Assembly: GCA_003599635.1 (NCBI GenBank)
Contig: QZIX01000009.1
Coordinates: 66,065 to 130,064, forward strand
Direction: 5' to 3'
DNA: 64,000 nucleotides
Origin: Candidatus Parcubacteria bacterium
Lineage (GTDB): Bacteria; Patescibacteriota; Patescibacteriia; Buchananbacterales; SURF-54
Made by a program: the position numbers and the translations under genes. Below are positions 1 through 10,025 of this stretch, in pieces; the stretch's first letter is position 1; every line of letters starts with the position of its first letter. The notes beneath the pieces were generated by a model, which had not been told where the DNA came from, did not search any database, and worked only from the letters and a program-made list of their open reading frames with translations.

Positions 1-7
1 AAACATA

Positions 8-919
8 ATGTCAAATAAAGTTATATTTATCCTGGGGCCGACAGCTGCAGGGAAAACCAAAATAGCCGTAAAGCTGGCTTATAAGTTTAACGGCGAGATA
101 ATTTCCGTCGATTCACGGCAGGTGTATAAAGGGATGGATATTGGAACCGGGAAGGACCTTGATGAATACAAGTACCAAGGCGCAAGATACAAGGTACAAA
201 TTCCGTATCATCTTATTGATGTTGCCAGCCCTAAATCACAATTTACAGCGGGTAAGTATCAGCGAATGGCAAATAAGGCCATCAGAGATGTTATAAATAG
301 AGGGAAGATGCCGGTAATCTGCGGCGGCAGCCCTTTTTATATTTATTCGGTTGTGGATGGGTTAGTGCTGCCGCCGAAAACTTCGGAAAGCTCAAGGAAA
401 AAATTAAATAAGCTTACTTTAAAACAGCTTTTAGTCAAACTAAAAAAACTGGACGCCAAAGCATATAATCAAATAGACAAAAAAAACCGGCGCCGGGTTC
501 AGCGGGCAGTTGAAGTGTGCCTGGAAACCGGCAAGAAGTTTTCATTTTTTGGCGAAAAGAAAAAACAAGATTATGATTTTTTATTGCTGGGAATAAATTG
601 GCCTAAGGAAGAATTGAAAAAAAGAATAACCGAAAGATTAAAAGAAAGAATTGAAAAGGAGGGGATGATACAGGAAGTTAAAAGGCTGCACAAGAGAGGC
701 GTCAGCTGGAAGAGGCTGGATGATTTTGGCCTTGAATACCGCTGGGTTTCACGATATTTACAGAGAAAAATATCTTACGATGAAATGTTTGAAAAATTGA
801 ATAACGATATCAATAATTTTTCCAAGCGCCAGATGACGTGGTTTAAAAGAGATAAGAGGATTAGGTGGGTAAAAGATTTAAAACGAGCAGAACGGTTGGT
901 TAAGAAGTTTATAGTATAA
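8..919 (+). CDS. miaA: tRNA dimethylallyltransferase (MiaA)
   Basis: N-terminal P-loop GPTAAGKT plus ISVDSRQVYKGMDIGTGK, typical of IPP transferases; length 303 aa. Confidence 0.85.
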   Translation: MSNKVIFILGPTAAGKTKIAVKLAYKFNGEIISVDSRQVYKGMDIGTGKDLDEYKYQGARYKVQIPYHLIDVASPKSQFTAGKYQRMANKAIRDVINRGKMPVICGGSPFYIYSVVDGLVLPPKTSESSRKKLNKLTLKQLLVKLKKLDAKAYNQIDKKNRRRVQRAVEVCLETGKKFSFFGEKKKQDYDFLLLGINWPKEELKKRITERLKERIEKEGMIQEVKRLHKRGVSWKRLDDFGLEYRWVSRYLQRKISYDEMFEKLNNDINNFSKRQMTWFKRDKRIRWVKDLKRAERLVKKFIV

Positions 920-923
920 TTCT

Positions 924-955
924 GTCATCCTGAACTTGATTCAGGATCTTTTATT
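924..955 (+). terminator. Hairpin ATCCTGAA-cttga-TTCAGGAT followed by a T-run; intrinsic terminator after miaA and also a copy of the GTCATCCTGA palindromic element
   Basis: Perfect 8-bp stem followed by TTTTATT, 5 nt after the miaA stop. Confidence 0.6.
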
Positions 956-1160
956 CCTCCTTTCTTAAAGGAGGTGGCGAACAGCGTGAGCCGGAGGATT
1001 TTACATATTGCACCATCGTTAATTTTAAAGTAAAATTACTTTAGTTAATCGTATAAATACATCATCATGAGTTCGTATTATATACAATATTATGGTTATT
1101 ATACGAAAACACTTCGTATAATAACGAGTTAGCTGCCATAAAAATCATTAGATAAACTGA

Positions 1161-1781
1161 ATGGAAAAACCAAGCAAGAAAATAAACAAAAAAAGAACTA
1201 TTCAAAAAAAGAAAGAATATAACTGGACTGCTATTGCGGCTGTTAGCAATTTTATAACTGCTTTTTGTACTTTTTTATTAGCAATAGCCACTGTGGTATT
1301 GGCTTGGAACACATACGAAAGTATTAGCCAGTCGAAGGCAAGCATAACATTATCTAAAGAAAGTATTCAGCAATCCGAACAACAATTTCGAAAATTAAAT
1401 AGACCCTTTGTAACTATAGATAATAAACTCCAGCCAGAAGGGTCTGATATTGGTGTAACTATAAAAAATATTGGTAATACATCAGCCGAGAATGTAATTA
1501 TTAAGGCTTATTTTACTAAAAAGGATGACTTGTCCGAGCAAACTCTTATTAATGGCCTTCCTGAGACAAATATTGGTTTGCTTTACCCAGAAGAAAACAA
1601 AATTATAGTAATTTTAAACCCAGCTCTTTTTTTGGGTAAAATGTCAAATGATCAGTTTAATATTAAGATAAGCTATAGTTATATAAATATATGTATCGAG
1701 TACTACTGGTCCTCGAACTTTACTGGAACAAATTGGAGATTGCACGAGATAGCTGAGAAAGAAACAGAATGTAAAAAATGA
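1161..1781 (+). CDS. Hypothetical membrane-anchored protein
   Basis: Lysine-rich N-terminus, then one hydrophobic helix (AIAAVSNFITAFCTFLLAIATVVLAW); no recognizable motif. Confidence 0.45.
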   Translation: MEKPSKKINKKRTIQKKKEYNWTAIAAVSNFITAFCTFLLAIATVVLAWNTYESISQSKASITLSKESIQQSEQQFRKLNRPFVTIDNKLQPEGSDIGVTIKNIGNTSAENVIIKAYFTKKDDLSEQTLINGLPETNIGLLYPEENKIIVILNPALFLGKMSNDQFNIKISYSYINICIEYYWSSNFTGTNWRLHEIAEKETECKK

Positions 1782-1844
1782 TTTTTTACAGCAGCTAACA
1801 CGGGCTAGCCAGTTCGCGCCTGCTAAATAAAAAATTTTAACATT

Positions 1845-2378
1845 ATGAAAAAACTTTTATTTACAGCAGCATTACTTTTTATAGGATTAGTTGTGTCCGG
1901 ATGCACCCTTTTAAAGGATAATAATAACGGGCAGCAAAATAAGGCTGACAGAATCGTATCCGCGCAAGATGAAATAACCCAAGCACAAGAGGCATTGATT
2001 ACCTTTTTTAAATATTTAAGCAGGCAAGACTTTGAATCGGCGTTAACACTATTTGAACCTGACGAAGAAAATTCCTGGGAATGGATTGCGAATTTTACCA
2101 TAGAAGAAGACAGGAATAATAAGGCAGAAGTTTTAAAGAATTACTGTGAAGCTGTCGGCACTTGCCTTGAAGTTAAAATTATTGAGGCAAAAAAAGAAGT
2201 TGATGATGTTTATAACCTGGTTGTCCAATTTCAAAAGCCGGACGGCGGTGTTTTTGTCCTTGGCCCCTGCTGCGGAGCAACAGAAGAAGAAATGCCCCCT
2301 CAAAATAAATTCAATTTTACGGTAAAAAAAATCAATAGCGTGTTCAAGGTTACAACAGCGCCGGTATACAGGCCGTAA
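1845..2378 (+). CDS. Putative lipoprotein
   Basis: Signal peptide plus lipobox MKKLLFTAALLFIGLVVSGC; 4 Cys in the mature part. Confidence 0.55.
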   Translation: MKKLLFTAALLFIGLVVSGCTLLKDNNNGQQNKADRIVSAQDEITQAQEALITFFKYLSRQDFESALTLFEPDEENSWEWIANFTIEEDRNNKAEVLKNYCEAVGTCLEVKIIEAKKEVDDVYNLVVQFQKPDGGVFVLGPCCGATEEEMPPQNKFNFTVKKINSVFKVTTAPVYRP

Positions 2379-2403
2379 GCTATCAAGCAAAACATCAAAT
2401 CAA

Positions 2404-2431
2404 AACAGCTCCCGATGTTGGGAGCTGTTTT
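2404..2431. terminator. Bidirectional intrinsic terminator (AACAGCTCCC-gatgtt-GGGAGCTGTT)
   Basis: Perfect 10-bp stem; TTTT on the + strand and TTTTGATTTG on the - strand. Confidence 0.55.
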
Positions 2432-2463
2432 AACTATAAGAAATCCAAAGTTAAAATTGAAAT

Positions 2464-2515
2464 GTCATTCTGAGCGTAAGAGAAGAATCAGATCCTTCAC
2501 TAGGTTCAGGATGAC
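2464..2515. repeat. GTCATYCTGAR-type palindromic element (copy)
   Basis: GTCATTCTGAGCG ... GGTTCAGGATGAC inverted termini. Confidence 0.6.
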
Positions 2516-2528
2516 AATAAAGCCGTAC

Positions 2529-2637
2529 GTCATTTCGACCGATGTTTAAGTTATTTTAAGCGGGTGGAGGAATCCCATAACATACGATATTGAGTGTTGT
2601 GAGATTCCTCGACTCCCTTCGGTCGCTCGGAATGACA
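2529..2637. repeat. Palindromic MITE-like element of about 110 bp, copy A (GTCATTTCGACCGATG ... GAGATTCCTCGACTCCCTTCGGTCGCTCGGAATGACA)
   Basis: Near-identical architecture to copy B at 4410-4510: shared termini, internal GTTTAAG, GAGATTCCTCGAC and CTCGGAATGACA. Confidence 0.65.
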
Positions 2638-2647
2638 AGAAAGTGGA

Positions 2648-3460
2648 TTACCTGTACTTGTTTATCTCATCTCTCAATTTTTTTGTTTCTTCAGCGGCTG
2701 CATCAGCAAAATTTTCATCAGATCCGGCATAGATAATTCCTCTGGCGGAATGGACAATCAAGCCTTGCTTCTTGGAATCCAAACCCACTTCCATAGCGGC
2801 TTTAACATCACCGCCCTGGGCTCCGATTCCCGGCAATAAAATCGGTATGTTACCTACAATGTCTCGGATTTCTTTTAATTCACCGGGGTAAGTGGCTCCG
2901 ACAACCAGCAACAGATTATTATTTTTATTCCACTCGTTGGCGACTTTTTCGGCGACTATTTGATAGACTTTTTTGCCATTAACAATCAAATCCTGCAAAT
3001 CTTTGGCTCCGGGGTTTGACGTGCGGCATAGAACTATCACTCCCTTATCAACCCTTTCAGTAAATGGTTCTAAAGTATCGCCGCCCATATACGGATTAAC
3101 GGTCACGGCGTCGGCTCCGATAATGTCAAAAACTTCTTTGGCGTACATTTGGGCGGTATTGCCGATGTCGTTTCTTTTAGCATCTAAAATAACAGGCATA
3201 TCAGGATAACTCTCGTGGATGTATTGGAAAGTTTCAATCAGCTCATCCATAAACCCGTAAGCGGTATAAAAGGGGATATTGGCTTTTATTGAAGAAATAT
3301 ATTCTGCTGTGGCGTCAATTATGGCTTTGTTAAATTCAAAAACAGGTTTACTTAAATTTTTTAAATGTTGAGGAATTTTTTCCAAATCAGTATCCAAACC
3401 GACGCAGACCAATGAGTTTTTTTTCTCCCAGGAGTTTTTTAATCTTTCAATGAAAGTCAT
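2648..3460 (-). CDS. pyrF: Orotidine 5'-phosphate decarboxylase, long (type 2) form
   Basis: Type-2 OMP decarboxylase N-terminus LVCVGLDTDLEKIP; 270 aa; sits in the pyr operon. Confidence 0.8.
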   Translation of the reverse strand: MTFIERLKNSWEKKNSLVCVGLDTDLEKIPQHLKNLSKPVFEFNKAIIDATAEYISSIKANIPFYTAYGFMDELIETFQYIHESYPDMPVILDAKRNDIGNTAQMYAKEVFDIIGADAVTVNPYMGGDTLEPFTERVDKGVIVLCRTSNPGAKDLQDLIVNGKKVYQIVAEKVANEWNKNNNLLLVVGATYPGELKEIRDIVGNIPILLPGIGAQGGDVKAAMEVGLDSKKQGLIVHSARGIIYAGSDENFADAAAEETKKLRDEINKYR

Positions 3461-3495
3461 AATTTAACAATTATTATTTTAAAAAGGAAAGCTTT

Positions 3496-3714
3496 TTACA
3501 TCCTCCTCTCCGATTGCGGAGATCCGCCGTCGATTTCTATAACAATTTTATGCGTAAGGCTGCAAAAATCTACAATATATTTTCCTATTCTGAATTGTCT
3601 GCGAAATTTAATGTTATTAATGTTTTTATTGCGCAGTACCTTCCATAATTTTACCTCCTGCGGTGTCATATTTTTACGTAATGCAGTTGATATATTGTTT
3701 TTTCCTAAAGCCAT
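3496..3714 (-). CDS. DUF559-family endonuclease-domain protein (very-short-patch-repair-like fold)
   Basis: LRKNMTPQEVKLWKVLRN ... FRRQFRIGKYIVDFCSLTHKIVIEIDGG matches the DUF559 signature. The upstream in-frame extension to 3822 is translated repeat sequence, so I call the start at MALGK. Confidence 0.55.
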   Translation of the reverse strand: MALGKNNISTALRKNMTPQEVKLWKVLRNKNINNIKFRRQFRIGKYIVDFCSLTHKIVIEIDGGSPQSERRM

Positions 3715-3721
3715 GTTTGTT

Positions 3722-3780
3722 GCCTCACCCCTTCGACTACGCTCAGGGCAGGCACTAACAACTCTCCGACACGGAGAGGG
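3722..3780. repeat. Repeat-family member (CCTTCGACTACGCTCAGGGCAGG plus CTCTCCG-aca-CGGAGAG palindrome)
   Basis: Shares the TTCGAC..CGCTCAGG core with the elements at 8881 and 12948. Confidence 0.45.
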
Positions 3781-3790
3781 AATTCTATCT

Positions 3791-4414
3791 TTAAAACTGA
3801 TTAGCTTTAATGAATTCATCAACTTTATTTTTAGTTGCAGAATCTATTTTCCCTTCCTCAAGTAGCGTATTAACCATATCTGACATAGTAAAAATACTGT
3901 GCAGTTTGTAACCCCTTTGTTCGATCAATTTTTTCCCGCCTTGTTCTCTGTTCAAAACCACTATCACGTCGGTAACCTTTAAACCTTCTTTTTCAATAGG
4001 TTCAGTTGTGCCAAAAACACTGGTGCCCGATGTTATCAAATCTTCAATCACCAAAACAGTTTGGCCTTTTTTGTATACTCCTTCCAGGGGTACCTGGATG
4101 CCGTGGTCTTTCATTTCCTTTCTCCTGATAATCATCGGTACATCGTGCATGGCCGAAATTACCGTTGCCAAAGGCAGGGCGGTGTAAGGTACGCCGACGA
4201 TAAGATCAAATTTTAAATCTTTTGCAATATTATAAATTTCTTCTGAAATAGCCTTCATTAAATCGGGGTAAGAAATTATTGTCCGCAATGTCAGGTAAAT
4301 TGGTGAGATAATCCCGGTTACCAGCTTGAATTCGCCGAATTTAATGGCGCCGATTTCGTTAAGTTTTAAAATGAGTTTTTTTTTGTCCATAATATTTATT
4401 CCCTTTTTTGTCAT
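3791..4414 (-). CDS. pyrE: Orotate phosphoribosyltransferase
   Basis: PRTase motif VLVIEDLITSGTS and OPRTase-like N-terminus; an alternative start is MDKKK at 4390. Confidence 0.8.
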   Translation of the reverse strand: MTKKGINIMDKKKLILKLNEIGAIKFGEFKLVTGIISPIYLTLRTIISYPDLMKAISEEIYNIAKDLKFDLIVGVPYTALPLATVISAMHDVPMIIRRKEMKDHGIQVPLEGVYKKGQTVLVIEDLITSGTSVFGTTEPIEKEGLKVTDVIVVLNREQGGKKLIEQRGYKLHSIFTMSDMVNTLLEEGKIDSATKNKVDEFIKANQF

Positions 4415-4510
4415 CCCGACCGATGCGCGAGGTTGTTTAAGGTTAGCGGAGAGATTTCATATCATAATTTATTGATTGATGCGAGATTCCTCGACAAACT
4501 CGGAATGACA
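4410..4510. repeat. Palindromic MITE-like element of about 100 bp, copy B
   Basis: GTCATCCCGACCGATG ... GAGATTCCTCGACAAACTCGGAATGACA; lies between pyrE and pyrC inside the operon. Confidence 0.65.
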
Positions 4511-5548
4511 TTAAATTATTTCCTTCCCCCTAAAATTATCGTTAATTTTATTATCTTCGTAAACCGTTACGCCGTTGACAACGGTTTTAATCGGCCAGCC
4601 TTTCAGTTTCCAGCCGGCAAATGGCGACCAGCCGCATTTGGTGTATAAATTTTCTTCTTTAACCACTTTTTCCAAATCCATATCAATTATGGTTTCGCAG
4701 CTTTTGGGAATTTTTAAATTGAATATTTTAATCGGATTTACTGACATCAAGCTTTTTAATTTTTCCATGGTTATTTTACCATTATTCACGGCATTTAGCA
4801 TCAAGGGCAGGGAAGTCTCAAGTCCGGGCACCCCCCGCGGAAAATCGGCTTTCATTTTTTCTTCCTTTGTATGCGGAGCATGGTCAGAACCGATAGTGTC
4901 AACAACTCCTTCGTCAATTGCCTGCCATAAAGCATCCAGGTCTTTTTTGGTTTTTAAGTTCGGATACATTTCAAAAAATCCGTTCTTGTTATCATCTTGC
5001 GTTAAAAACAGGTGATGCGGCGCAACTTCTGCAAAAATATTTTTGTTTTTGTGTCTTTTTATAAAATCAATTTCGTCTTTTAAAGAAATATGGCAAAGAT
5101 ACAATTTATTGCCGGCTTTTTTCTGAAGGTAAAACGCTTTTTCCACCATTTCTCCTTCAGCATGGCAGGAAACAACAGGGGAGATATCAAATATTTTTTG
5201 CAAAATTTTATCATCTTCAATCTTTAAATCGCCTGTCGAATAGTTTAAAAAAATCTTTATTGACGTTACTTTATTTTTTACTTTTTTAATCTCATCCAGA
5301 TTATCCACTGTCGCGGCGAAATGAAAACCGTAATTAATCAAAGAATCATTTTGCACTGTTTTTCTTTTTTCAACAAGTAAATCCTCGGTGGTCAAGGGTG
5401 GTCTGGTATTGGGCATGTCCAGAACAACGGCAAAGCCCCCGGCTGCGGCTGCCTTTGACCCGGTCTTCCAGTCTTCTTTATGTTCAAGCCCCGGTGTTCT
5501 AAAATGCGCGTGGGGGTCAACAAGGCAGTGAAGAGTAAAAAGTGTCAT
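4511..5548 (-). CDS. pyrC: Dihydroorotase
   Basis: Metal-binding DPHAHFRTPG near the N-terminus, DMPNT, and HAPH near the C-terminus; 345 aa. Confidence 0.8.
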   Translation of the reverse strand: MTLFTLHCLVDPHAHFRTPGLEHKEDWKTGSKAAAAGGFAVVLDMPNTRPPLTTEDLLVEKRKTVQNDSLINYGFHFAATVDNLDEIKKVKNKVTSIKIFLNYSTGDLKIEDDKILQKIFDISPVVSCHAEGEMVEKAFYLQKKAGNKLYLCHISLKDEIDFIKRHKNKNIFAEVAPHHLFLTQDDNKNGFFEMYPNLKTKKDLDALWQAIDEGVVDTIGSDHAPHTKEEKMKADFPRGVPGLETSLPLMLNAVNNGKITMEKLKSLMSVNPIKIFNLKIPKSCETIIDMDLEKVVKEENLYTKCGWSPFAGWKLKGWPIKTVVNGVTVYEDNKINDNFRGKEII

Positions 5549-5671
5549 AAGGGTCCTAATTTCTAAATTCTAATATCTAATAAAAGTGTCAAATTTTAAA
5601 CTAAGTAAAATTCAAATTTACGAATTTTGGCATTTGATTTTTATTGGAAATTAGTAATTAATAATTGGAAA

Positions 5672-8600
5672 TTATTTTTTGTATTCATCCCAGCTTTTAA
5701 TCCTTAAATCAGGAAGTTTTTTCTTATAAATCGAATCAATAAAGAGTTTTGCCAATCTGACATTGGTAATCAATGGTACATTGTAATCAATGGCCGCCCG
5801 CCTCATCAGATAACCGTCGCTGATAATTTCTTTTTTCAAACTGTTGGGTATGTTTATGACAAAATCAACCTTTCCCCCCTTTATTACATCCAAAACATCA
5901 GGCTTCTTATGGTGGCTGATTTTATGAACTAAAATAGCTTTAATGCCGTTCTCATTTAAAAAATCGTAAGTATGGTGCGTAGAATAAATGTGATATCCCA
6001 TGCTGATTAATTTCCGGCAGGCTTCGATCATTTCAATTTTATTTTCCAGTCCTCCCACGGAAATCAGAATATTTTTTCGTGGGGCCTTAAAGCCCGTGGC
6101 ATACATCGCTTTTTGCAGCGCCTCTTTTATGCCTTCGCCGAAACAGGCGACTTCTCCGGTAGAACCCATTTCCACGTAAAGCACCGGGTCAGCTCCTTTA
6201 ATGCGCGAGTAAGAAAATTGAGGAACTTTTACCGCGACATAGTCAAAATCTAATGTATTATAATTTCCCGAAATGTCATGACCAAGCATCGCTTTTGTTG
6301 CCAGCTCAATGAAATTATATTTGGTGACTTTGGATACAAAGGGGAAGCTGCGGGAAGCCCTTAAATTGCATTCAATCACTTTTACGGAATTATTTACGGC
6401 CAGAAACTGGATATTGAACGGCCCTGTAATGTTTAGCGCCTGAATAATTTTTTTGGTTATGACTTTGCATCTTCTGACAGTTTCCAGGTAGGTCCTTTGC
6501 GGCGGCAAGACTAAAGTGGCATCACCTGAATGGATGCCGGCGTTTTCTACGTGCTCGGAGATGGCATATATTTTAAGCTTGCCTTTTTGGGCGACCCCGT
6601 CGATTTCGATTTCCCGGGCGTTGGTAATGAATTTACTGATCACTACCGGATGTTCAGGCGAAACCATTGTCGCTTGTTCAAGGCAATTAACCAGACTTTC
6701 CTGATCGGGGACAATATTCATAGCGGCGCCGGAAAGGACATAAGACGGTCTGACCAGAACCGGATAGCCGACTTTTGTCGCAAAGTTCTTGGCATGTTCG
6801 ATAGAAATGAGCTCTTTCCATGCCGGCTGATTTATTTTTAATTTATCCAGAAGAGAAGAAAACTTGTGTCTGTTTTCGGCGCGGTCGATATTTTTCGGAC
6901 TGGTGCCGATTACTTTTACTTTGGCTTTATAAAGTTCCATTGCCAGGTTATTGGCAATTTGACCTCCGACGGATAAATTGATTCCTACCGGATTTTCAAA
7001 TTCATAAATATCCAGAACGCGTTCGAAAGATATTTCATCAAAATAGAGACGGTCACAAATATCATAATCGGTAGAAACCGTTTCGGGATTGTAATTTATC
7101 ATTATCGTTTTGTAACCGATTTTTTTTGCAGTAATGGTCGCGTTTACCGCACACCAGTCAAATTCCACGCTGGAACCGATTCGATACACACCGCTGCCCA
7201 GGGTTATGATTGATTTTTTTTCCGGCCCCAAATCATTTTCCGAACCGTTATAAGTCATATACAGATAATTGGTTTTTGCCGGATATTCGGCGGCCAGGGT
7301 ATCAATTTGCTTAACTACAGGCAAAATTTTATATTTTTTTCGCAAGTCCCTGATTTCAGATGTTTTATGATTTGTTATTTTTGCAATCTGCTTATCTGAA
7401 AAACCGACCTGTTTTGCTTCTAAAAGCAAATTTTTTTCAAGTTTTTCCGAATAAAGCTTTAATTCTGCATCGACAATATTTTTCAGTTTGTATAAAAACC
7501 ATTTATCTATGCCCGTGTATTTATAGATATCATTAATACGGATGCCTTTTTTTATGGCCTCGGCAACGGCAAAAATCCGCTGCTCCGTGGGATTTTTCAT
7601 TTCCTCGGACAAACCGTTGGCGAATTTAATGTTGTTTTGCACCAGGCCGTACATCCCGATATCAAGCATCCTGATGGCCTTTTGCAGGGCTTCCTCGAAT
7701 TTTCTGCCCACAGCCATAACTTCGCCGACACTTTTCATTTCCGAACCGATGGCGTGGTAAGAATTTTTAAACTTTTTTAAATCCCAGCGGGGCATCTTAA
7801 CCACAATGTAATCCAAGGCGGGTTCAAAACAGGCCTGGGTTGCCCTGGTAATGGAATTGGGGAGTTCGATTAAAGAATGGCCCAAAGCCAGTTTGGCGGC
7901 AATAAACGCTAATGGATAGCCTGTTGCTTTTGATGCCAGAGCCGAGCTTCGCGAAAGCCTGGCGTTGACTTCTATTACCCGATAATCGTCGGATTTTGTG
8001 TTTACGGCATACTGGATATTGCACTCGCCGACTATTCCCAAATGCCTGACGGTTTTTATGGCTATTTCCCGTAATTTATGATATTCGTGATTAGTCAAAG
8101 TTTGGGACGGAGCCACAACTATGCTTTCACCCGTATGGATTCCCATAGGATCGAAATTTTCCATGTTGCATACAGTCAGGCAGTTATCGTATTGGTCCCG
8201 GACAACCTCATATTCGATTTCCTTCCATTTAACTAGACATTCCTCAATTAGAATTTGAGGAACATCGGCCAGGGCTTGGCTGGCTTTTTCATTTAATTCT
8301 TTTTCATTTTTTACTATGCCCGAGTGCTTGCCGCCCAGGGCGAAGGCAGCCCTAAGCATTACCGGGTAGCCCAATTTTTTTGCGGCAATTAAAGCGTCCC
8401 GGCCAGTTTTTACGGCAAAACTTTTTGCGTATCTGACTTTGATTTCTTCCAGTTTTTGATTAAATAATTTCCGGTCTTCAGTGTCTTTTATGGTTTTTAC
8501 GGATGTTCCTAGGACTCTGACTTTATATTTTTCCAAGACTCCGGTTTTGGCCAGTTCCAAGCCGCAGTTTAGAGCAGTCTGTCCGCCAAAGGCAAGCATA

Positions 8601-8887
8601 ATGCCGTCAGGCCGCTCCTTTTTAATGATCTCGGTTACGAAGTATAAGTTAACCGGCAGAAAGTAAATTTTGTCTGCCAGGTGCTCGGAAGTCTGGATGG
8701 TGGCAATATTGGGATTTACTAAAACTACTTTAATTTTTTCTTCCTTTAAGGCTTTTATTGCCTGTGAGCCGGAATAGTCAAATTCGCCGGCTTCGCCGAT
8801 TTTCAAGGCGCCGGAACCGAGAAGGATAACCTTTTTCAATTTAATATGTTTTAGAGTCATAATTGTTTTATTTTCGCATTGTGTCAT
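5672..8887 (-). CDS. carB: Carbamoyl-phosphate synthase large subunit
   Basis: KVILLGSGALKIGEAGEFDYSGSQA; two ATP-grasp halves; 1071 aa; the likely true start is the Met at 8860. Confidence 0.95.
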   Translation of the reverse strand: MTQCENKTIMTLKHIKLKKVILLGSGALKIGEAGEFDYSGSQAIKALKEEKIKVVLVNPNIATIQTSEHLADKIYFLPVNLYFVTEIIKKERPDGIMLAFGGQTALNCGLELAKTGVLEKYKVRVLGTSVKTIKDTEDRKLFNQKLEEIKVRYAKSFAVKTGRDALIAAKKLGYPVMLRAAFALGGKHSGIVKNEKELNEKASQALADVPQILIEECLVKWKEIEYEVVRDQYDNCLTVCNMENFDPMGIHTGESIVVAPSQTLTNHEYHKLREIAIKTVRHLGIVGECNIQYAVNTKSDDYRVIEVNARLSRSSALASKATGYPLAFIAAKLALGHSLIELPNSITRATQACFEPALDYIVVKMPRWDLKKFKNSYHAIGSEMKSVGEVMAVGRKFEEALQKAIRMLDIGMYGLVQNNIKFANGLSEEMKNPTEQRIFAVAEAIKKGIRINDIYKYTGIDKWFLYKLKNIVDAELKLYSEKLEKNLLLEAKQVGFSDKQIAKITNHKTSEIRDLRKKYKILPVVKQIDTLAAEYPAKTNYLYMTYNGSENDLGPEKKSIITLGSGVYRIGSSVEFDWCAVNATITAKKIGYKTIMINYNPETVSTDYDICDRLYFDEISFERVLDIYEFENPVGINLSVGGQIANNLAMELYKAKVKVIGTSPKNIDRAENRHKFSSLLDKLKINQPAWKELISIEHAKNFATKVGYPVLVRPSYVLSGAAMNIVPDQESLVNCLEQATMVSPEHPVVISKFITNAREIEIDGVAQKGKLKIYAISEHVENAGIHSGDATLVLPPQRTYLETVRRCKVITKKIIQALNITGPFNIQFLAVNNSVKVIECNLRASRSFPFVSKVTKYNFIELATKAMLGHDISGNYNTLDFDYVAVKVPQFSYSRIKGADPVLYVEMGSTGEVACFGEGIKEALQKAMYATGFKAPRKNILISVGGLENKIEMIEACRKLISMGYHIYSTHHTYDFLNENGIKAILVHKISHHKKPDVLDVIKGGKVDFVINIPNSLKKEIISDGYLMRRAAIDYNVPLITNVRLAKLFIDSIYKKKLPDLRIKSWDEYKK

Positions 8888-8957
8888 TCTGTTTAGTGTG
8901 AGATCCTTCGACTCCCTTCGGTCGCTCAGGATGACACCTTCGGTGTCATTTTTTTAC
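8881..8957. repeat. GTCATYCTGAR-type palindromic element (GTGTCATTCTG...GAGATCCTTCGACTCCCTTCGGTCGCTCAGGATGACACCTTCGGTGTCATTTTTTT)
   Basis: Inverted termini and inner CGAC-tccc-TTCG-GTCG hairpin; its 3' hairpin plus T7 overlaps the last codons and stop of the NUDIX gene. Confidence 0.65.
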
Positions 8958-9465
8958 GCCATTGTTTATAAATTTTTAAACCTCTTTTTGCCCCCGGACT
9001 TAATTTTTTTCCAGCAAACTGCCTTACTTTATTAATGTCAACCCATTTATATGCTGAAACCTCTTTAGGATCTATTTTTATTTTACCGTCGTAAATGCAA
9101 GTATAATATTTTCTGAAATATTTATGTCTTTTGTTATTTTTACCTCCCTTTAAAATAAATTTCAACTCTTGCGGCTTTATTTTAATTCCCATTTCCTCCC
9201 TTAATTCTCTTATAGCCGCTTTCCCGTAAGTTTCTCCTGCTTCAACATGTCCTCCGATCCTTGTTTCCCACATTCCTGGTTTAGTATAAAGCCAAGGAGC
9301 TCTTTTTTGCATCAATATTTCACCTTTAGAATTTGTAACAATAGCACATGCCAAACGGTGAAATAAGTTTTTTTCCACAATTTCCTTAAAAGTCGTTTTT
9401 CCTATTACGTGATCGTTTTCATCGACTAAATCGTGATGACAATTTTTAAATTTTGGTTTTTGCAT
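8926..9465 (-). CDS. NUDIX hydrolase, possibly type-1 isopentenyl-diphosphate isomerase-like
   Basis: NUDIX box GGHVEAGETYGKAAIRELREEMG; N-terminal LVDENDHVIGK...FHRLACAIV resembles IDI type 1; the assignment to IDI is tentative. Confidence 0.65.
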   Translation of the reverse strand: MQKPKFKNCHHDLVDENDHVIGKTTFKEIVEKNLFHRLACAIVTNSKGEILMQKRAPWLYTKPGMWETRIGGHVEAGETYGKAAIRELREEMGIKIKPQELKFILKGGKNNKRHKYFRKYYTCIYDGKIKIDPKEVSAYKWVDINKVRQFAGKKLSPGAKRGLKIYKQWRKKMTPKVSS

Positions 9466-9502
9466 TTTTTGCTTTTTGTTTGTTTTCGGGCATTCTTGAC
9501 AA

Positions 9503-9531
9503 TTAATATAAAATATGTTATATATAAATAT
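9503..9531 (+). promoter_or_regulatory. Sigma-70-like promoter TTGACA-N17-TATATA
   Basis: cTTGACAattaatataaaatatgtTATATAta lies about 60 nt upstream of the 9591 ATG; RBS aaagga. Confidence 0.45.
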
Positions 9532-9590
9532 TCATAATTCGCCTGTCAGAATAGGCTGATAGCGCGGTATTATGAAGAAAGGAACCAAAA

Positions 9591-10019
9591 ATGGCTACGA
9601 CGTCTTTTCTTTCAAAAGAAATTCAAGTCAGTGGTCTGAGTTATTTTCCCGAATGCAGATGGAGGGAAGCTATAATCCATTATCTTTTCGGGATCTGGGG
9701 AAATCGGTTAAACGTAATATGTAGGCCAAAAATTCGTTTTGGCCATATCGTGCTGCAACTGAAAGACGGACAGTATAACGCCTATCGCGATTCTTGGTAT
9801 GAGAATAATTCTCCTCCAACAATCGGCCGATCGTATCAGTTAGTAGTTGACGGCACAGACAAAAATGCCGTGGAAGTTGGTTTGGCAAGTTTCGTCAAGA
9901 ATGGCAGCATAAAAATGCTTGTCATTGTCATTAAACCTGAGGCTCAGTTCTACCTTTGGAAATTGAAGAGGCGGGGAAAATATGGAGTTTCAGGCAATCA
10001 GCTTCCTAAATTAACCTAA
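9591..10019 (+). CDS. Hypothetical protein; standalone gene antisense within the pyr operon
   Basis: 142-aa ORF with its own promoter and a strong downstream terminator; no recognizable motif. Confidence 0.45.
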   Translation: MATTSFLSKEIQVSGLSYFPECRWREAIIHYLFGIWGNRLNVICRPKIRFGHIVLQLKDGQYNAYRDSWYENNSPPTIGRSYQLVVDGTDKNAVEVGLASFVKNGSIKMLVIVIKPEAQFYLWKLKRRGKYGVSGNQLPKLT

Positions 10020-10025
10020 ACTTCT

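Noticed and set aside
3715-3822. N-terminal 36-aa extension of the DUF559 ORF (MMNSLKLISFKDRIPSPCRRVVSACPERSRRGEATN)
   Set aside because: It is an in-frame translation of a palindromic repeat element. The DUF559 homology starts at the internal Met (MALGK), so I trimmed the CDS to 3496-3714.
6516-8666. Plus-strand ORFs of 60-100 aa inside carB (6516-6704, 6530-6841, 7542-7760, 8481-8666)
   Set aside because: They lie entirely antisense within a strongly supported 1071-aa CarB ORF and have no RBS or composition support.
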